A DNA stretch of 64,000 nt from Alphaproteobacteria bacterium (GCA_045563015.1 JBJKUQ010000016.1:9280-73279); one strand, 5' to 3'. Positions 1 to 13,800 are shown, counted from the first letter of the stretch. Numbers and translations are program-made. Notes: generated from the sequence alone by a model not told the origin.

Positions 1-42
1 TTATTTCTCTCAATTAAACTTAATTTTGACATAAAAACTCCT

Positions 43-582
43 TTACTTTTTAAATGGTAGGTTAAAACCTTTCAATAATTCAAGCGCATGATCCTGATTA
101 TTTGTATCTGTTACTATGTTAATATCCATTCCCCTTACTTTATCAATTTTATCATAATCAATTTCTGGAAAAATGATTTGTTCTTTAATTCCTATGGAAT
201 AATTGCCGTTCCCATCAAACGATTTTGAAGATAAACCTTTAAAATCTCTAACTCTAGGTAGGGCGATATAAATTAAACGATCTAAAAATTCATACATTCT
301 GTTTTTTCTTAATGTAACTTTACAACCAATGCTGAGACCTTTTCTTAACTTAAAACCTGCAATGGATTTTTTGGCTTTTGTTACTACTGGTTTTTGTCCG
401 GTAATTGAAGCTAAGTCATCTAATGCTGCATTAATTTTTTTTGAATCTGACACTGCTTCACCAACACCAATATTTACAACAATTTTAGAGATCTTTGGTA
501 CTTCAAAAATATTTTTTAAACCAAACTTTTGTTTTAGTTTTTCTTTTAATTCATTCTGATAAAAAATTTTTAGTCTTGCCAT
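43..582 (-). CDS. rplE: 50S ribosomal protein L5
   Basis: Translation [16 protein letters not shown]...VVNIGVGEA is an L5 signature; sits in spc operon order. Confidence 0.93.
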   Translation of the reverse strand: MARLKIFYQNELKEKLKQKFGLKNIFEVPKISKIVVNIGVGEAVSDSKKINAALDDLASITGQKPVVTKAKKSIAGFKLRKGLSIGCKVTLRKNRMYEFLDRLIYIALPRVRDFKGLSSKSFDGNGNYSIGIKEQIIFPEIDYDKIDKVRGMDINIVTDTNNQDHALELLKGFNLPFKK

Positions 583-591
583 AATATAAAC

Positions 592-918
592 CTAATTTAA
601 TGTTTCTCCTGATTTTTTTGCAAATCTAACTTTTTTCCCATCTTCAAGCTTTTTAAAACCAACTCGAGTAGGCTTAGATGTTTTAGGATCTAACAGTGCT
701 AATTTGCATAAGAAAATTGGCATCTCTATGCTTTCTATACCACCTTTATTTGTTGCTGATTGTTTATTGTGTTTTTTTACAATATTTACACCTTCTACTA
801 CTGCTTTTTTTCTTTCATCTTTTTTTGAAGTAACAATTCTTAGAACTTTACCGTTTTTTCCTTTATGTTTTCCCGATAAAACCACGACACTGTCACCTTT
901 CTTAATCTTCATTGCCAT
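592..918 (-). CDS. rplX: 50S ribosomal protein L24
   Basis: [23 protein letters not shown]24 KOW motif; operon position. Confidence 0.92.
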   Translation of the reverse strand: MAMKIKKGDSVVVLSGKHKGKNGKVLRIVTSKKDERKKAVVEGVNIVKKHNKQSATNKGGIESIEMPIFLCKLALLDPKTSKPTRVGFKKLEDGKKVRFAKKSGETLN

Positions 919-920
919 AC

Positions 921-1289
921 TTATAAAACCTCCGGTGCCAAAGATATGATTTTCATATATTTTTTTGCTCTCAACTCTCTTGTAACTGGACCAAAAATTC
1001 TAGTACCAATTGGTTCTCCATTATTATTTATTAAGACTGCAGCATTTCTATCAAATCTAATTGATGAACCGTCTGTTCTATAAACCTCTTTAGCAGTTCT
1101 GACAATAACAGCTTTATGGATATCACCTTTTTTTACTTTACCCCTTGGAATTGCATCTTTTATAGTAATTACTATTACGTCACCAATTGAAGCAAAACGC
1201 CTTTTTGATCCCCCAAGAACTTTAATACACTGTACTTTTTTTGCTCCAGAGTTATCTGCTACAAATAATGTTGATTGCATTTGAATCAT
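921..1289 (-). CDS. rplN: 50S ribosomal protein L14
   Basis: [28 protein letters not shown] is a canonical L14 N-terminus. Confidence 0.95.
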   Translation of the reverse strand: MIQMQSTLFVADNSGAKKVQCIKVLGGSKRRFASIGDVIVITIKDAIPRGKVKKGDIHKAVIVRTAKEVYRTDGSSIRFDRNAAVLINNNGEPIGTRIFGPVTRELRAKKYMKIISLAPEVL

Positions 1290-1297
1290 ATCTTATC

Positions 1298-1525
1298 CTA
1301 ACTTATTGCTACCCATCTTTTTGTTTTAGAAATTGGTTTATTTTCTTGAATACTAACAATTTCACCTTTTTTAAACTTATTGGTTTCATCATGAACAGAA
1401 TATTTTTTTGATTTCTTAATATACTTCTTGTAGACAGGATGCATCACTTTTCTACTGACAAGCACAGTTATTGTTTTATCTGATTTATCAGAGACAACAA
1501 CACCTTTTAAAACTCTTTTCGGCAT
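1298..1525 (-). CDS. rpsQ: 30S ribosomal protein S17
   Basis: [18 protein letters not shown]...KTKRW is S17; operon order. Confidence 0.92.
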   Translation of the reverse strand: MPKRVLKGVVVSDKSDKTITVLVSRKVMHPVYKKYIKKSKKYSVHDETNKFKKGEIVSIQENKPISKTKRWVAIS

Positions 1526-1723
1526 TTATTTTTTACCTTTCATTTTAATAGCTGTTTTCACCCTAGCTATTTGTTTTCTAACTACTGATATTCTTCCAGT
1601 TTTTTCAAGTTGACCAGAACCTTTTTGAAACCTAAGATTTAGTGATTCTTTTCGTAATGAAGAAATTTTTTCTTTCAAAATATTCAATTCTAAATTTTTA
1701 AGTTCTGAAAACTTTTCCATCAT
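1526..1723 (-). CDS. rpmC: 50S ribosomal protein L29
   Basis: 65 aa, coiled-coil L29-like; 4-nt overlap with rplP. Confidence 0.85.
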   Translation of the reverse strand: MMEKFSELKNLELNILKEKISSLRKESLNLRFQKGSGQLEKTGRISVVRKQIARVKTAIKMKGKK

Positions 1724-2133
1724 GACCCTAATCTAACTACAAGTTTATTTTTATTAGGTAACTTAGCTGAAGCCAGAAGAAAAGCTTCCTCTGCAAGATT
1801 TTTAGAAACACCATCTATCTCAAATAATATTTTACCGGGTTTGACTCTGGCAGCCCAAAATTCTACAGCACCTTTTCCCTTACCTTGTCTAACTTCTGCA
1901 GGCTTCTTTGTAACCGGAACATCCGGAAATATTCTAATCCAAACTTTTCCTGATCTTTTTAAGTGCCTTGAGATACATCTTCTTGCAGACTCAATCTGTC
2001 TGGATGTAATTCTTGCAGGAGTCAAAGCCTTCAAACCATATGAACCAAAGTTCAAAGAGTTGCCACCTTTGGAGTTACCATGCATTCTACCTTTAAATTG
2101 TTTTCTAAATTTTGGTTTTTTTGGTTGTAACAT
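1720..2133 (-). CDS. rplP: 50S ribosomal protein L16
   Basis: [19 protein letters not shown] is an L16 signature. Confidence 0.95.
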   Translation of the reverse strand: MLQPKKPKFRKQFKGRMHGNSKGGNSLNFGSYGLKALTPARITSRQIESARRCISRHLKRSGKVWIRIFPDVPVTKKPAEVRQGKGKGAVEFWAARVKPGKILFEIDGVSKNLAEEAFLLASAKLPNKNKLVVRLGS

Positions 2134-2139
2134 TTTAAA

Positions 2140-2829
2140 TTACCCCTCTACTTTTTTAGAATCATCATTAGATGGTTTTGCAGATTCAACTTGATTGATT
2201 TCTTTATCAAACTTTTCGCCTTTAAAAATCCAAACTTTAATTCCACAAATTCCATATGTGGTGTTTGCTCTTGCTACTCCATAATCAATATCAGCTCTAA
2301 GAGTGTGTAAAGGAACCCTTCCTTCTTTGTACCACTCAGTTCTTGCTATTTCAGCACCACCTAATCTTCCACTGCAATTAACCCTTATACCTAATGCACC
2401 AAGTCGCATAGCTGATTGAACAGCTCTTTTCATTGCTCTTCTGAAAGCAACTCTTCTCTCTAATTGTTGAGCAATATTATCTGCAACAAGTTGAGAATCT
2501 AGTTCAGGTTTTTTTATTTCAACAATATTGACACTTACATCTCCACTGGTGATTTTACCAATTTCTTTTTTTAATTTTTCTATATCTGACCCTTTTTTTC
2601 CAATAATAACTCCAGGCCTGGAAGTATATATAGTTACTTTAGCTAGCTTAGCTGGTCTCTCTATTACTACTTTTGATATACCTGCAGAAGCAAGCTTTTT
2701 CATTACAAACCTTCTAATATTGATATCTTCTTGTAGAAGTTTAGAATAATCTTTTTCAGAGTACCATCTGGACTCCCATGATTTAATTATTCCCAGTCTA
2801 AATCCAATTGGGTTAGTTTTTTGTCCCAT
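2140..2829 (-). CDS. rpsC: 30S ribosomal protein S3
   Basis: [14 protein letters not shown]...KH domain; ORF extends to 2847 but the conserved S3 start is the internal Met. Confidence 0.92.
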   Translation of the reverse strand: MGQKTNPIGFRLGIIKSWESRWYSEKDYSKLLQEDINIRRFVMKKLASAGISKVVIERPAKLAKVTIYTSRPGVIIGKKGSDIEKLKKEIGKITSGDVSVNIVEIKKPELDSQLVADNIAQQLERRVAFRRAMKRAVQSAMRLGALGIRVNCSGRLGGAEIARTEWYKEGRVPLHTLRADIDYGVARANTTYGICGIKVWIFKGEKFDKEINQVESAKPSNDDSKKVEG

Positions 2830-3304
2830 CACTATCACCTTTATCATTATTATTTACATTTACTTGTTTTATTTCATTCTTCTCAGGTTGAAGTCCCTTT
2901 TTCTTACTTTGATCTTCCTTTGACTTCAGTTCTTCTTTGGAGTTAACAGGATCATTTTTTTCTTCTACAAGTATTTTAACACTCGAAAACGGCTTTAATA
3001 TCTTTCCTGACCTACCTCTAGCTCTAGGTCTGAACCTTTTTAAAACCATGGCTTTTCCGACAGTTGCCTCTTTAACAAACAACTTATCAATATCTAATTG
3101 ATGGTTATTCTCAGCATTGGCTATTGCAGATTTTAAAATTTTAAGGACTTCTAATGATATTCTTCTTCTAGAAAAAGATAATATATTAACCGCATTTTCC
3201 GCCTTTTTGCCCCTAATCATTTTTAAAACAAGGTTAGCTTTTATTGGACTAACCCTTAAAGATTTTGCACTTGCCATTGCCATATTTTTTTCAATTTTTG
3301 TCAT
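2813..3304 (-). CDS. rplV: 50S ribosomal protein L22, with a K/E-rich C-terminal extension
   Basis: L22 core ([12 protein letters not shown]...[15 protein letters not shown]) followed by a ~45-aa low-complexity tail. Confidence 0.9.
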   Translation of the reverse strand: MTKIEKNMAMASAKSLRVSPIKANLVLKMIRGKKAENAVNILSFSRRRISLEVLKILKSAIANAENNHQLDIDKLFVKEATVGKAMVLKRFRPRARGRSGKILKPFSSVKILVEEKNDPVNSKEELKSKEDQSKKKGLQPEKNEIKQVNVNNNDKGDSDGTKN

Positions 3305-3313
3305 GATAGTGCC

Positions 3314-3586
3314 TTATGAAGTTTTTTTATCTGCATTATGTCCTTTATATGTTCTTGTGGGAGAAAATTCTCCAAATTTATGACCAACCATATTTTCATT
3401 TACTGTTACTGGAATATGTTTTTTTCCATTGTGAACTCCAAAGGTCAAACCAACAAAATCTGGAAGAATAGTGGAGCGTCTTGACCAAGTCTTAATTACA
3501 TCATTACGACCAGAATTTTTAACAGCTTCTGCTTTTTTGATTAAATACATGTCAACAAATGGACCTTTCCAAACTGATCTTGCCAT
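3314..3586 (-). CDS. rpsS: 30S ribosomal protein S19
   Basis: [12 protein letters not shown]...[12 protein letters not shown]. Confidence 0.95.
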   Translation of the reverse strand: MARSVWKGPFVDMYLIKKAEAVKNSGRNDVIKTWSRRSTILPDFVGLTFGVHNGKKHIPVTVNENMVGHKFGEFSPTRTYKGHNADKKTS

Positions 3587-3593
3587 AAGTTAT

Positions 3594-4418
3594 TTACCTT
3601 TTTTTCCTCTTTAAGATTAATTTATCTGTTCTTTTGTTATTTCTGGTCTTTTTACCCTTCGCGGAAATACCTGTTCTTGATACAGGGTTTCTCCCACCAG
3701 AAGTTCTACCTTCACCTCCACCATGAGGGTGATCAACTGGGTTCATTGCAACACCTCTAACAACTGGTCTTACACCCAACCATCTTTTTCTTCCTGCTTT
3801 TCCGAGTTTAATATTTTTCTTATCAGCATTAGAAACCATTCCAATTGTAGCCTTACATTCAACTCTGACAACTCTAATCTCTCCAGATGATAATTTAATC
3901 TGTGCGTAATCTGCATCTTTTCCAATTAATTGACCATAGGTACCTGCTGACCTTGAAAGTTGACCTCCTTTACCAGGTTTAAGTTCAATATTATGTATCA
4001 AAGTATCTGTTGGCATATTTTTAATAAGTAGAGTATTTCCTGTTTTTATCTCAGCATTCTCAGAAGAAATTATTTCATCACCAATCTTTAAATTTTGGGG
4101 TGCAATGATATAAGAATAATCTCCACCCTCGTATTTTATTAAAGCAATGTTTGCTGATCTATTAGGGTCATACTCAATCCTAACAACCTTTGCTGGTATA
4201 TTTAAAATATTCCTTTTAAAATCTATTATTCTATATTTTCTTTTGTGTCCACCACCCTTTCTTCGAGAAGTTAAGTGTCCAAAATTATTTCGTCCACCAG
4301 TTTTTGTTAGTCCTTTTGTAAGTTTTTTAAGTGGCTTACCTTTGTGTAGGCCAGATTTTTCAACGAGAACTAGACCTCTCTGTGCTGCTGTGGTGGGTTT
4401 ATATTGTTTTAAAGCCAT
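3594..4418 (-). CDS. rplB: 50S ribosomal protein L2
   Basis: [10 protein letters not shown]...[14 protein letters not shown] is an L2 signature. Confidence 0.95.
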   Translation of the reverse strand: MALKQYKPTTAAQRGLVLVEKSGLHKGKPLKKLTKGLTKTGGRNNFGHLTSRRKGGGHKRKYRIIDFKRNILNIPAKVVRIEYDPNRSANIALIKYEGGDYSYIIAPQNLKIGDEIISSENAEIKTGNTLLIKNMPTDTLIHNIELKPGKGGQLSRSAGTYGQLIGKDADYAQIKLSSGEIRVVRVECKATIGMVSNADKKNIKLGKAGRKRWLGVRPVVRGVAMNPVDHPHGGGEGRTSGGRNPVSRTGISAKGKKTRNNKRTDKLILKRKKR

Positions 4419-4420
4419 TA

Positions 4421-4726
4421 TTATTTAACCTCCGAAGAAGTATCTATAGTTTGTCCATCTGCAAGCTTAACAAAAGCTTTCTTTGTAGCAGGACGTACTC
4501 CTAACTTTCCTCTAAATTTCTTTTTTTTTCCTTTTTGATTGAGTGTGTTAACAGATTTCACTTGAACACTAAAAAGTTTTTCAATCGCTGCTTTTATTTC
4601 AGGTTTAGTAGAGTTTCTAGCTACTTTAAAAACATAGTAATTAAATTGAGATACAAAAGTTGACTTTTCAGAAATCAAAGGGGATCTGACTATTTCAAAA
4701 ATCCTTTCATTAGATACTGTTGTCAT
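4421..4726 (-). CDS. rplW: 50S ribosomal protein L23
   Basis: 101 aa, SEKSTF...YVFKV L23 pattern; operon position. Confidence 0.88.
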   Translation of the reverse strand: MTTVSNERIFEIVRSPLISEKSTFVSQFNYYVFKVARNSTKPEIKAAIEKLFSVQVKSVNTLNQKGKKKKFRGKLGVRPATKKAFVKLADGQTIDTSSEVK

Positions 4727-5346
4727 TTGTTGAACCTTTCCATAATTGTTTCCAAGCCTCTTTCTGACAAAATAAGAAAATCTCTTTTAACGATATCATA
4801 TACATTAATACCTGCTGCTAAAAGAACATCGGTTTTTGGAACATTTCTAATTGCAAATTCAAAATTTTTTTCTAGCTCCATACCATCAATAAATAAGGCA
4901 GAATCAATCTTTAGTTTTTCAAGCTTAGACTTTAGCTCAGATGTTTTAGGTTTATTAATTTTAAAATCTGTGAGTATTTTTAATTTACCCTCTTTAAGTT
5001 TGTTTGAAAGTGACATTTTTAATGCAAGTGATCTTATTTTTTTTGGAAGTTTATGAGAATGTGACCTTACCTGTGGACCGAATATCACTGCGCCTCCTCT
5101 CATTTGAGGTGATCTTCTACTTCCTTGTCGAGCGCTTCCTGTACCCTTTTGTTTAAAAGGTTTTCGAGTGGTTCCAGAAATCTCTGAAATTCCTTTAGTT
5201 TTATGGTTACCTGATCTTTTTTTTGCCAATTGGTACCTTATCATGCGATGAATAATTTCATTCTTAACATCTAAGCCAAATATAGATTTATCAAGATTAA
5301 TCTCTTTAATTACCTTGTCTTCAAAATTTTTTACTTCTTGTTTCAT
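4723..5346 (-). CDS. rplD: 50S ribosomal protein L4
   Basis: 207 aa; L4-like (QKGTGSARQGS...); position between L3 and L23. Confidence 0.9.
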   Translation of the reverse strand: MKQEVKNFEDKVIKEINLDKSIFGLDVKNEIIHRMIRYQLAKKRSGNHKTKGISEISGTTRKPFKQKGTGSARQGSRRSPQMRGGAVIFGPQVRSHSHKLPKKIRSLALKMSLSNKLKEGKLKILTDFKINKPKTSELKSKLEKLKIDSALFIDGMELEKNFEFAIRNVPKTDVLLAAGINVYDIVKRDFLILSERGLETIMERFNK

Positions 5347-5354
5347 TTTAATTT

Positions 5355-6182
5355 TTAACTTTTGTTGTCATTTTTATTTTCAGTTACATTTTGTGATTCT
5401 TCATTTTGATTGTTTTGAAAACTCTCATTACCTGAATCGTTTTTTTGTACAATTTTTTCTTCATTGTTTGAGTCACTCTCATTTTTAACCTTATTATCAG
5501 CTTCATTTTCCTCATTATTGATCGAATTTTTTGGAACTATGTTTATGTTTTGTATTTTTTTTTTTGAATCTACAATTTTAACTATTGAGCCCTTGTGACC
5601 AGGAATGGCACCCTTAATTAAAATTAAATTGTTGTCTACGTCTATTTTTAGGATCTTAAGGTTTTGAATTGTTACTTTAACATTACCTAATCTACCTGCC
5701 ATTTTTTTTCCTTTGAAAACTTTACCAGGGTCTTGACATTGACCAGTTGATCCATGCGACCTATGTGAAATTGAAACACCGTGTGTTGCTCTATTACCTG
5801 CAAAATTATGTCTTTTCATGCCACCTGCGAATCCTTTTCCAATAGAATTCGAGGATACGTCAACGAACTGTCCTTCAATAAAGTTATCAACTCCTATATT
5901 ATCACCTAACTTAAAGCTAGAAGAGTTTTCAACTCTAAATTCTCTTGATTTTTCAAAAGCAGGTATATTAATTTTTTTCAAAAAACCCGCTTCAGATTTA
6001 ATTGATTTTTTTCTTTTAGTTCCATATGAAATTCTTATTGCAGAATAACCATTTTTTTCAAAAGTTTTAAAGTCTATTACTTTACATTTATCAACTTTCA
6101 CGATAGTAACAGGATGATTAACACCAACGGAATCATAAAATCTACTCATACCAACTTTTTTTGCAATTAATCCTAACCTCAT
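5355..6182 (-). CDS. rplC: 50S ribosomal protein L3, with a long N/E/S/K-rich C-terminal tail
   Basis: L3 core (GMSRFYD...GKGFAGGMKRHNF...) then a ~60-aa low-complexity extension. Confidence 0.9.
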   Translation of the reverse strand: MRLGLIAKKVGMSRFYDSVGVNHPVTIVKVDKCKVIDFKTFEKNGYSAIRISYGTKRKKSIKSEAGFLKKINIPAFEKSREFRVENSSSFKLGDNIGVDNFIEGQFVDVSSNSIGKGFAGGMKRHNFAGNRATHGVSISHRSHGSTGQCQDPGKVFKGKKMAGRLGNVKVTIQNLKILKIDVDNNLILIKGAIPGHKGSIVKIVDSKKKIQNINIVPKNSINNEENEADNKVKNESDSNNEEKIVQKNDSGNESFQNNQNEESQNVTENKNDNKS

Positions 6183-6188
6183 ATCAAC

Positions 6189-6497
6189 CTACAACTTAAT
6201 CTCAATATCAACACCGGCAGCTAACTCTAGTTTTTGAAGAGCATCTACAGTTTGTGGTGTCCATTCTGTTATATCCATCATTCTTTTGTGTGTTCTCAGT
6301 TCTAGTTGATCTCGAGACTTTTTGTCAACATGAGGAGATTTTAAGATTGTAAACTTTTCTATAATGGTAGGAAGTGGTATTGGACCCTTAACATTCGCGC
6401 CAGTCCTTTTAGCAGTGCTCACAATTTCCATAGTTGTTTGATCAAGAACTCTATGATCAAAAGCTTTGAGTCTAATGCGAATATTTTGACTAGCCAT
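6189..6497 (-). CDS. rpsJ: 30S ribosomal protein S10
   Basis: [14 protein letters not shown]...GPIPLPT is S10. Confidence 0.95.
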   Translation of the reverse strand: MASQNIRIRLKAFDHRVLDQTTMEIVSTAKRTGANVKGPIPLPTIIEKFTILKSPHVDKKSRDQLELRTHKRMMDITEWTPQTVDALQKLELAAGVDIEIKL

Positions 6498-6526
6498 TAT
6501 TAAATCTTCCCTAAATTATTATACAA

Positions 6527-7717
6527 TTACTCTATTATCTCAGCTACAACTCCAGCACCAACAGTTCTACCACCTTCTCTGATAGCGAACTTTAATCCTT
6601 TGTCCATGGCAATAGGTGTTAAAAGTTCAACCGTAACAGAAACATTATCACCTGGCATTACCATTTCAGTTCCTGATGGAAGTTCAATTGTACCAGTAAC
6701 ATCGGTTGTTCTGAAATAAAACTGAGGCCTGTAGTTTTTGAAGAATGGCGTGTGTCTTCCACCTTCATCTTTATTGAGAACATATGCTTCTGCTTTAAAC
6801 TTTTTGTGAGGTTTGATTGAACCAGGTTTCGCAAGAACTTGGCCACGTTCAACTTCTTCTCGTTTTGTACCCCTAAGAAGCACACCAACGTTATCTCCAG
6901 CTTCTCCTCTATCTAAAAGCTTTCTGAACATTTCAACACCTGTACAAACAGTTTTTGTGGTATCCTTAATTCCTAAAATTTCAATTTCTTCATTTACATT
7001 TATTACACCTCTTTCAACTCTTCCAGTAACAACCGTTCCTCTTCCAGAAATTGAAAAAACATCTTCAATTGGCATTAAGAAATCTTGGTCTAATGGTCTT
7101 GTTGGCTGAGGAATATGTTCATCAACTTTTTGCATAAGGTCAAGAATAGCTTTTTTTCCTGTTTCTTCATTTGTGCCTTCAATAGCTGCAAGAGCAGATC
7201 CCTTAACGATTGGAATATTATCACCGTCAAATTCATATTTAGACAATAATTCTCTAACTTCCATTTCCACCAAGTCTAAGAGCTCTGGATCATCAACTTG
7301 ATCAACCTTATTCATAAATACGACAATTGAAGGAACACCAACCTGTCTTGCCAGAAGGATGTGTTCTTTTGTTTGAGGCATAGGTCCATCAGCAGCTGAA
7401 ACTACTAAAATTGCTCCATCCATCTGTGCAGCACCAGTTATCATATTCTTGACATAATCTGCGTGACCTGGACAATCTACATGAGCATAGTGCCTTTTTT
7501 CTGTTTGATATTCAACATGGGCAGTTGATATCGTTATACCTCGCTCCTTTTCTTCAGGAGCTTTATCTATCTGAGCATAATCCATTGCAGTGGCCCCACC
7601 AGTTTCTGCCAAAACTTTTGTTATTGCAGCTGTAAGTGTTGTTTTACCATGATCAACGTGACCAATAGTACCGATATTACAGTGAGGTTTACTTCTATCA
7701 AATTTTTCTTTAGCCAT
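6527..7717 (-). CDS. tuf: Elongation factor Tu
   Basis: [22 protein letters not shown] GTPase motifs; 396 aa. Confidence 0.97.
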   Translation of the reverse strand: MAKEKFDRSKPHCNIGTIGHVDHGKTTLTAAITKVLAETGGATAMDYAQIDKAPEEKERGITISTAHVEYQTEKRHYAHVDCPGHADYVKNMITGAAQMDGAILVVSAADGPMPQTKEHILLARQVGVPSIVVFMNKVDQVDDPELLDLVEMEVRELLSKYEFDGDNIPIVKGSALAAIEGTNEETGKKAILDLMQKVDEHIPQPTRPLDQDFLMPIEDVFSISGRGTVVTGRVERGVINVNEEIEILGIKDTTKTVCTGVEMFRKLLDRGEAGDNVGVLLRGTKREEVERGQVLAKPGSIKPHKKFKAEAYVLNKDEGGRHTPFFKNYRPQFYFRTTDVTGTIELPSGTEMVMPGDNVSVTVELLTPIAMDKGLKFAIREGGRTVGAGVVAEIIE

Positions 7718-7739
7718 TTATTTTCTCCTTACTAATTTG

Positions 7740-9821
7740 TTAACCAGAAACTTTCTCTTTGACCTCTTCTGCAACATTATGAGGAACTTTCTCATAATGA
7801 TCAAAGGTCATTGTATAACTTGCTCTACCCTGGCTCATAGAGCGTAAATTATTAACATATCCAAACATATTTGCTAAAGGAACCATTCCGTTTACAACAT
7901 GGTTAACACCTCTTTGCTCCATGCCTGAAACTTGTCCGCGCCTTGAATTTAAATCTCCTATGATATCACCCATATACTCCTCAGGCGTCACAACTTCAAC
8001 TTTCATCATAGGCTCAAGCAATACTGCACTTGCTTTAGTCATAGCCTCTCTGAAAGCTGCTCGAGCAGCAATTTCAAAAGCCATAACACTAGAATCAACA
8101 TCATGAAATGCACCATCAACAAGTGTGCATTTGAAATCAATAACAGGAAAGCCTGCTAAAAAACCTGTCTCGGTTGATAATTTTATACCTTTTTCTACTC
8201 CCGGAATATATTCTCTTGGAACACGTCCACCTACAATCTTACTTTCAAAAATTAAACCTTTACCACTTTCGAGCGGCTCAAATTCCAATACTACTTTTGC
8301 AAACTGTCCTGCACCACCAGATTGTTTCTTGTGCGTGTAGTCTATGGATGCGGGCTTAGTGATTGTCTCTCTATATGCCACTTGAGGGGCTCCAACTGTG
8401 GCATCAACTTTAAATTCTCTGAGCATTCTATCAACCAATATTTCAAGATGCAACTCGCCCATTCCTTTCATAACGGTTTGACCTGATTCATGATCAACAC
8501 TTACTTTGAAAGAAGGGTCTTCAGCAGCAAGCCTTTGAAGTGCAACGCCCATTTTTTCTTGATCTGCCTTAGTTTTTGGTTCAACGGCAACCTCTATAAC
8601 TGGATCTGGAAATTCCATTCTCTCAAGAATAACAGCCTGTTCAGGATCACATAAAGTATCACCAGTTGTTGTATCTTTTAGACCAGCAACAGCTATTATA
8701 TCACCAGCAGTTGCAATTTTAATATCTTCCCTTGAATTTGAATGCATTTGAAGCATTCTACCAAATCTCTCTCTTTTATCTTTTACAGAATTTAAAAAAG
8801 ATGCCCCTGCTTCGGCTTTTCCTGAATAAACCCTCAGAAAAGTTAGAGATCCAACAAAAGGATCATTCATAATTTTAAATGCTAAAGCAGAAAAAGGTTC
8901 AGAGTCTGAACTATTTCTCACTATGGATTTTTCTTCGTTTCTATACTCCACACCTTTGATGGCTGGAACATCTACTGGGGAAGGTAAATAATCGACAACA
9001 GCATCTAACATGGGTTGTACTCCTTTATTTTTGAAGGCACTACCACAAAGCACTGGAACAAATTTACTTGCAATAGTTCCCTTTCTAATCAGTGATTTAA
9101 GTTCATCTTCAGATGGGGTTTGACCATCTAAGTATTTTTCCATTATAGTATCATCAAGCTCAACGACAGTTTCAATGAGTTTTTCTCTATATTTTTCAGC
9201 ATCTGCTTTATGTTCATCAGATATATCTTCATAAGTAAACTTAGCTCCCAAAGTCTCCTCTTGCCATACAATTGATTTCATAGTTATAAGATCAATAACA
9301 CCTTTAAAATCTGATTCAGAACCTAATGGTAGTTGAAGAACAAGCGGGTTTGCACCAAGTCTATCAACGATCATATCAACACATCTGTAAAAATTAGCAC
9401 CTACTCTGTCCATTTTGTTGACAAAACACATTCTTGGTACGCCATACTTATCTGCCTGCCTCCAAACAGTTTCGGATTGTGGTTCAACTCCTGCAACAGA
9501 GTCAAATACGCACACACTTCCATCAAGAACTCTTAATGATCTTTCAACCTCAATAGTGAAATCAACATGACCAGGGGTATCAATAATATTTATTCTTTTG
9601 TCATTCCAGAAGCATGTTGTAGCCGCCGAAGTAATTGTTATACCTCTTTCTTGCTCTTGCTCCATCCAGTCCATTGTTGCTGCTCCATCATGAACTTCAC
9701 CGATTTTATGAGAAACACCGGTATAATATAAAATGCGCTCAGTTGTTGTAGTTTTTCCAGCATCAATATGAGCCATAATTCCAATATTTCTATAATTGCT
9801 TAACTCAGTAACTTTTGTCAT
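7740..9821 (-). CDS. fusA: Elongation factor G
   Basis: [21 protein letters not shown]; 693 aa. Confidence 0.97.
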   Translation of the reverse strand: MTKVTELSNYRNIGIMAHIDAGKTTTTERILYYTGVSHKIGEVHDGAATMDWMEQEQERGITITSAATTCFWNDKRINIIDTPGHVDFTIEVERSLRVLDGSVCVFDSVAGVEPQSETVWRQADKYGVPRMCFVNKMDRVGANFYRCVDMIVDRLGANPLVLQLPLGSESDFKGVIDLITMKSIVWQEETLGAKFTYEDISDEHKADAEKYREKLIETVVELDDTIMEKYLDGQTPSEDELKSLIRKGTIASKFVPVLCGSAFKNKGVQPMLDAVVDYLPSPVDVPAIKGVEYRNEEKSIVRNSSDSEPFSALAFKIMNDPFVGSLTFLRVYSGKAEAGASFLNSVKDKRERFGRMLQMHSNSREDIKIATAGDIIAVAGLKDTTTGDTLCDPEQAVILERMEFPDPVIEVAVEPKTKADQEKMGVALQRLAAEDPSFKVSVDHESGQTVMKGMGELHLEILVDRMLREFKVDATVGAPQVAYRETITKPASIDYTHKKQSGGAGQFAKVVLEFEPLESGKGLIFESKIVGGRVPREYIPGVEKGIKLSTETGFLAGFPVIDFKCTLVDGAFHDVDSSVMAFEIAARAAFREAMTKASAVLLEPMMKVEVVTPEEYMGDIIGDLNSRRGQVSGMEQRGVNHVVNGMVPLANMFGYVNNLRSMSQGRASYTMTFDHYEKVPHNVAEEVKEKVSG

Positions 9822-9824
9822 AAA

Positions 9825-10672
<848 letters not shown>

Positions 10673-10734
10673 TTATTCCCCTAAATTATTATGAATTGTG
10701 TTTGGTTTCTCAACCACTACCAATTATTCGTTGC

Positions 10735-10762
10735 ATACTAATATATCTTAAGTTACTGTCAA
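10735..10762 (-). promoter_or_regulatory. Candidate sigma70-type promoter for rpsL/str operon (TTGACA, 16 nt, TAGTAT on minus strand)
   Basis: -35 TTGACA at 10757-10762 and -10-like TAGTAT at 10735-10740 on the minus strand, inside the 135-nt rpoC-rpsL spacer. Confidence 0.35.
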
Positions 10763-10807
10763 CTGTAGAAAAAAAAAATTTTATCCTCAAAAGTATATAA
10801 TTTTTAA

Positions 10808-13800
10808 TCACGAACTTTCAGATGATTTATCTAATAGTTCTTTGTCTTTTTTTGTAGCTTCTACTTTTACTCTGGACATAAAAGAACCAGTCCCGCAAGG
10901 AACTAATCTTCCAACAATAACGTTTTCTTTGAGACCAAATAAATTATCTACTTTGCCTGATACTGCAGCTTCAGTTAAGACCCTTGTTGTTTCTTGAAAT
11001 GATGCCGCTGAAACAAAACTATCAGTTTGAAGTGATGCTTTAGTTATTCCTAGAAGAATCTGATAACCCTTTGCTAACTTAAGTCCATCTTTGGAAGCTC
11101 GTTCATTAGTTTCTACAAATTCTTTTCTACTTATCTGCTCACCAGTTAAGAATGTTGTTTGCCCAGGGTCAGTAATCTCAACTTTTTGCATCATTTGCCT
11201 TACAATAACTTCAATATGTTTATCATTAATTTTTACACCTTGAAGTCTATAAACATCTTGCACTTCTTTAATCAGATAATTTGCCAATGCTTCAACTCCC
11301 TTAATCCTAAGTATGTCATGTGGGACAGCTGTTCCATCTACTAATACATCACCGACTTCCACTTTATCCCCTTCTTGAACCGTAAGGTGTTTTGATTTAG
11401 ATATCACATATTCAACAGGTTCTAAACTTGCATCTTCAGGAACAATTTCAATTTTTCTTTTCATCTTATAATCCTTACCGAATTTAATTTCACCTGAAAT
11501 TTCTGCAATAATAGCATGGTCTTTGGGTCTTCTTGCCTCAAATAACTCTGCAACTCTGGGCAATCCTCCTGTAATATCTTTTGTTTTTGAAGATTCTTTT
11601 GGGATCTTTGCTAAAACATCCCCTTCTTTAATATTAGCTTCATTATTAATTACTATAATGGAATCTGCCGTAAGTTCATAGGATGCAAGGCTCCCATTAT
11701 CCAAAACAAGTACTTTGCCATCTTTTTTTTTGTCGTGAATTTCAAGTCTAGGTATAAGGTCCTGATTTTTTGCTTGTTGTTTCCAATCGATGACAATATT
11801 GCTCGACAGCCCAGTTGAATCATCAACAATTTGTCTTGTGGTAACGCCCTCTTCAAGATCTTTGAACACTATAACTCCATTTTTCTGTGCAACTATTGGA
11901 AGTGTAAAAGGGTCCCATTCAGCTAATGACTGAGAGGCTTTAATAACTGAATTATCTTTCAAATTAATTTTACAACCAAATGGTAATCTATGTTTAGCTC
12001 TTTCTTTGTTATTTTCATCAAGAATACTCAAACTTCCATTTCTTGACATATTAATTAAATTACCAGAGCTATCTTTAGCAACTTCGATATTAAGAAACTT
12101 AACGTTCCCATCATATTTGGATTCAATATTTGAAATTTCAGTACCTTTTTGCGCAGCACCCCCAATGTGAAATGTTCTCATTGTAAGTTGAGTGCCAGGC
12201 TCTCCAATTGATTGTGCGGCAACCACCCCGACGGCTTCACCAACATTCGCAGGTGTTCCTCTTGCCAAATCTCTACCATAACATTTTGCACATATTCCAA
12301 ATTCTGCTTCACATGTTAAAACTGATCTAACTTTTATATTTTCTGGGGCTGCAGCATCAATTAAACCCATATGTTCTTCTGATATGATTTCTCCAGCGGT
12401 TGCTATTACTTTATTACTTTTTTTGTCGACTAAATCCTCTACTAAAGTTCTACCAAGAACTTTTTCAGATAATTTATCAACAACCTCTCCATCCTCAATT
12501 AATTCTTCAATTGTGATAAATTTTGTTGTAAAACAATCATCAATTGTGATTATACAATCCTGAGCAACGTCTACTAATCTTCTTGTTAAGTACCCAGAAT
12601 TTGCTGTTTTAAGAGCAGTATCAGCTAACCCCTTCCTAGCTCCGTGACTTGAGTTAAAGTATTCCAAAACCGATAAACCTTCTTTAAAATTAGAGACAAT
12701 GGGGGTCTCAATAATTTCACCTGAGGGCTTAGCCATTAAACCTCTCATACCCGATAATTGTTTTAATTGAGCAGCGGAACCCCTTGCACCAGAATCGGCC
12801 ATCATATAAACACTATTAAATTGTCCAACTTTATCTGTAGATTGCGGTACTATTATTTTTGTCATTTCATCGGCAACGTTGTCTGAACATTTAGCCCATG
12901 CATCAACAACTTTGTTATACTTTTCACCCCTAGTGATCAATCCCTCAGAAAATTGTTTTTCATATAATTTTACTTTTTTCTCTGTATCAAGAAGCATGTC
13001 GCTTTTATTTTGTGGTATTAGTAAATCATCTTTTCCAAATGAAATACCTGCCTTACATGCCTCTCTAAATCCTATTTCCATAAGTTTATCAGCAAAGATC
13101 ACAGTTTTCTTCTGTCCACAATGCCTGTAAACAACATCAATAGCATTACTTATTTCTTTTTTTGTTAAAACTCTGTTTATCAATTCAAAACTTACTTTAG
13201 GATGTTTAGGAAGTATTTCACTTATTAACATTCTTCCAGGTGTTGTATCTAGAGTAACAATCTTTTCTTGAAAATCTTCATCCACTGTTTGATATCTACA
13301 TTTAATTTTACTATGTAGAGAAATAATTTTTTGATCTAATGCTATAGACAACTCCTCTATACTTGCAAAACACATTCCCTCACCTATACCCTCGTGACTT
13401 ACTAAACTTAGATAATAAAGCCCCAAAATCATATCTTGAGATGGAACAATAATTGGTTTTCCATTTGCGGGTGATAAGATGTTATTAGTTGACATCATTA
13501 AAACTCTGGCTTCAAGTTGAGCTTCTAGAGATAATGGAACATGAACAGCCATTTGATCACCATCAAAATCAGCATTAAATGCTGTACAAACAAGAGGATG
13601 CAATTGTATGGCTTTACCTTCAACCAAAATTGGTTCAAAAGCTTGAATACCAAGCCTGTGAAGTGTGGGTGCACGATTTAATAAAACCGGGTGTTCTCTT
13701 ATGACTTCTGCAAGAATATCCCATACTTCCGGTCTCTCACGTTCAACCATTTTTTTTGCAGCTTTAATCGTTGCCGCTAGATTGTACTTCTCAAGTTTTG

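Noticed and set aside
329-559. Plus-strand ORFs antisense to ribosomal protein genes (for example 329-559, 704-949, 1841-2194, 2528-2749, 3117-3383, 4147-4428, 4727-5056)
   Set aside because: They lie fully inside strongly supported minus-strand ribosomal genes, have no recognisable domains, and are F/L/I-rich translations typical of antisense AT-rich DNA.
10769-10782. A10T4 homopolymer in the rpoC-rpsL spacer as a possible rpoC terminator
   Set aside because: No convincing GC-rich hairpin lies upstream of the U-run on the minus strand. It is more likely just AT-rich spacer or part of the promoter UP region.
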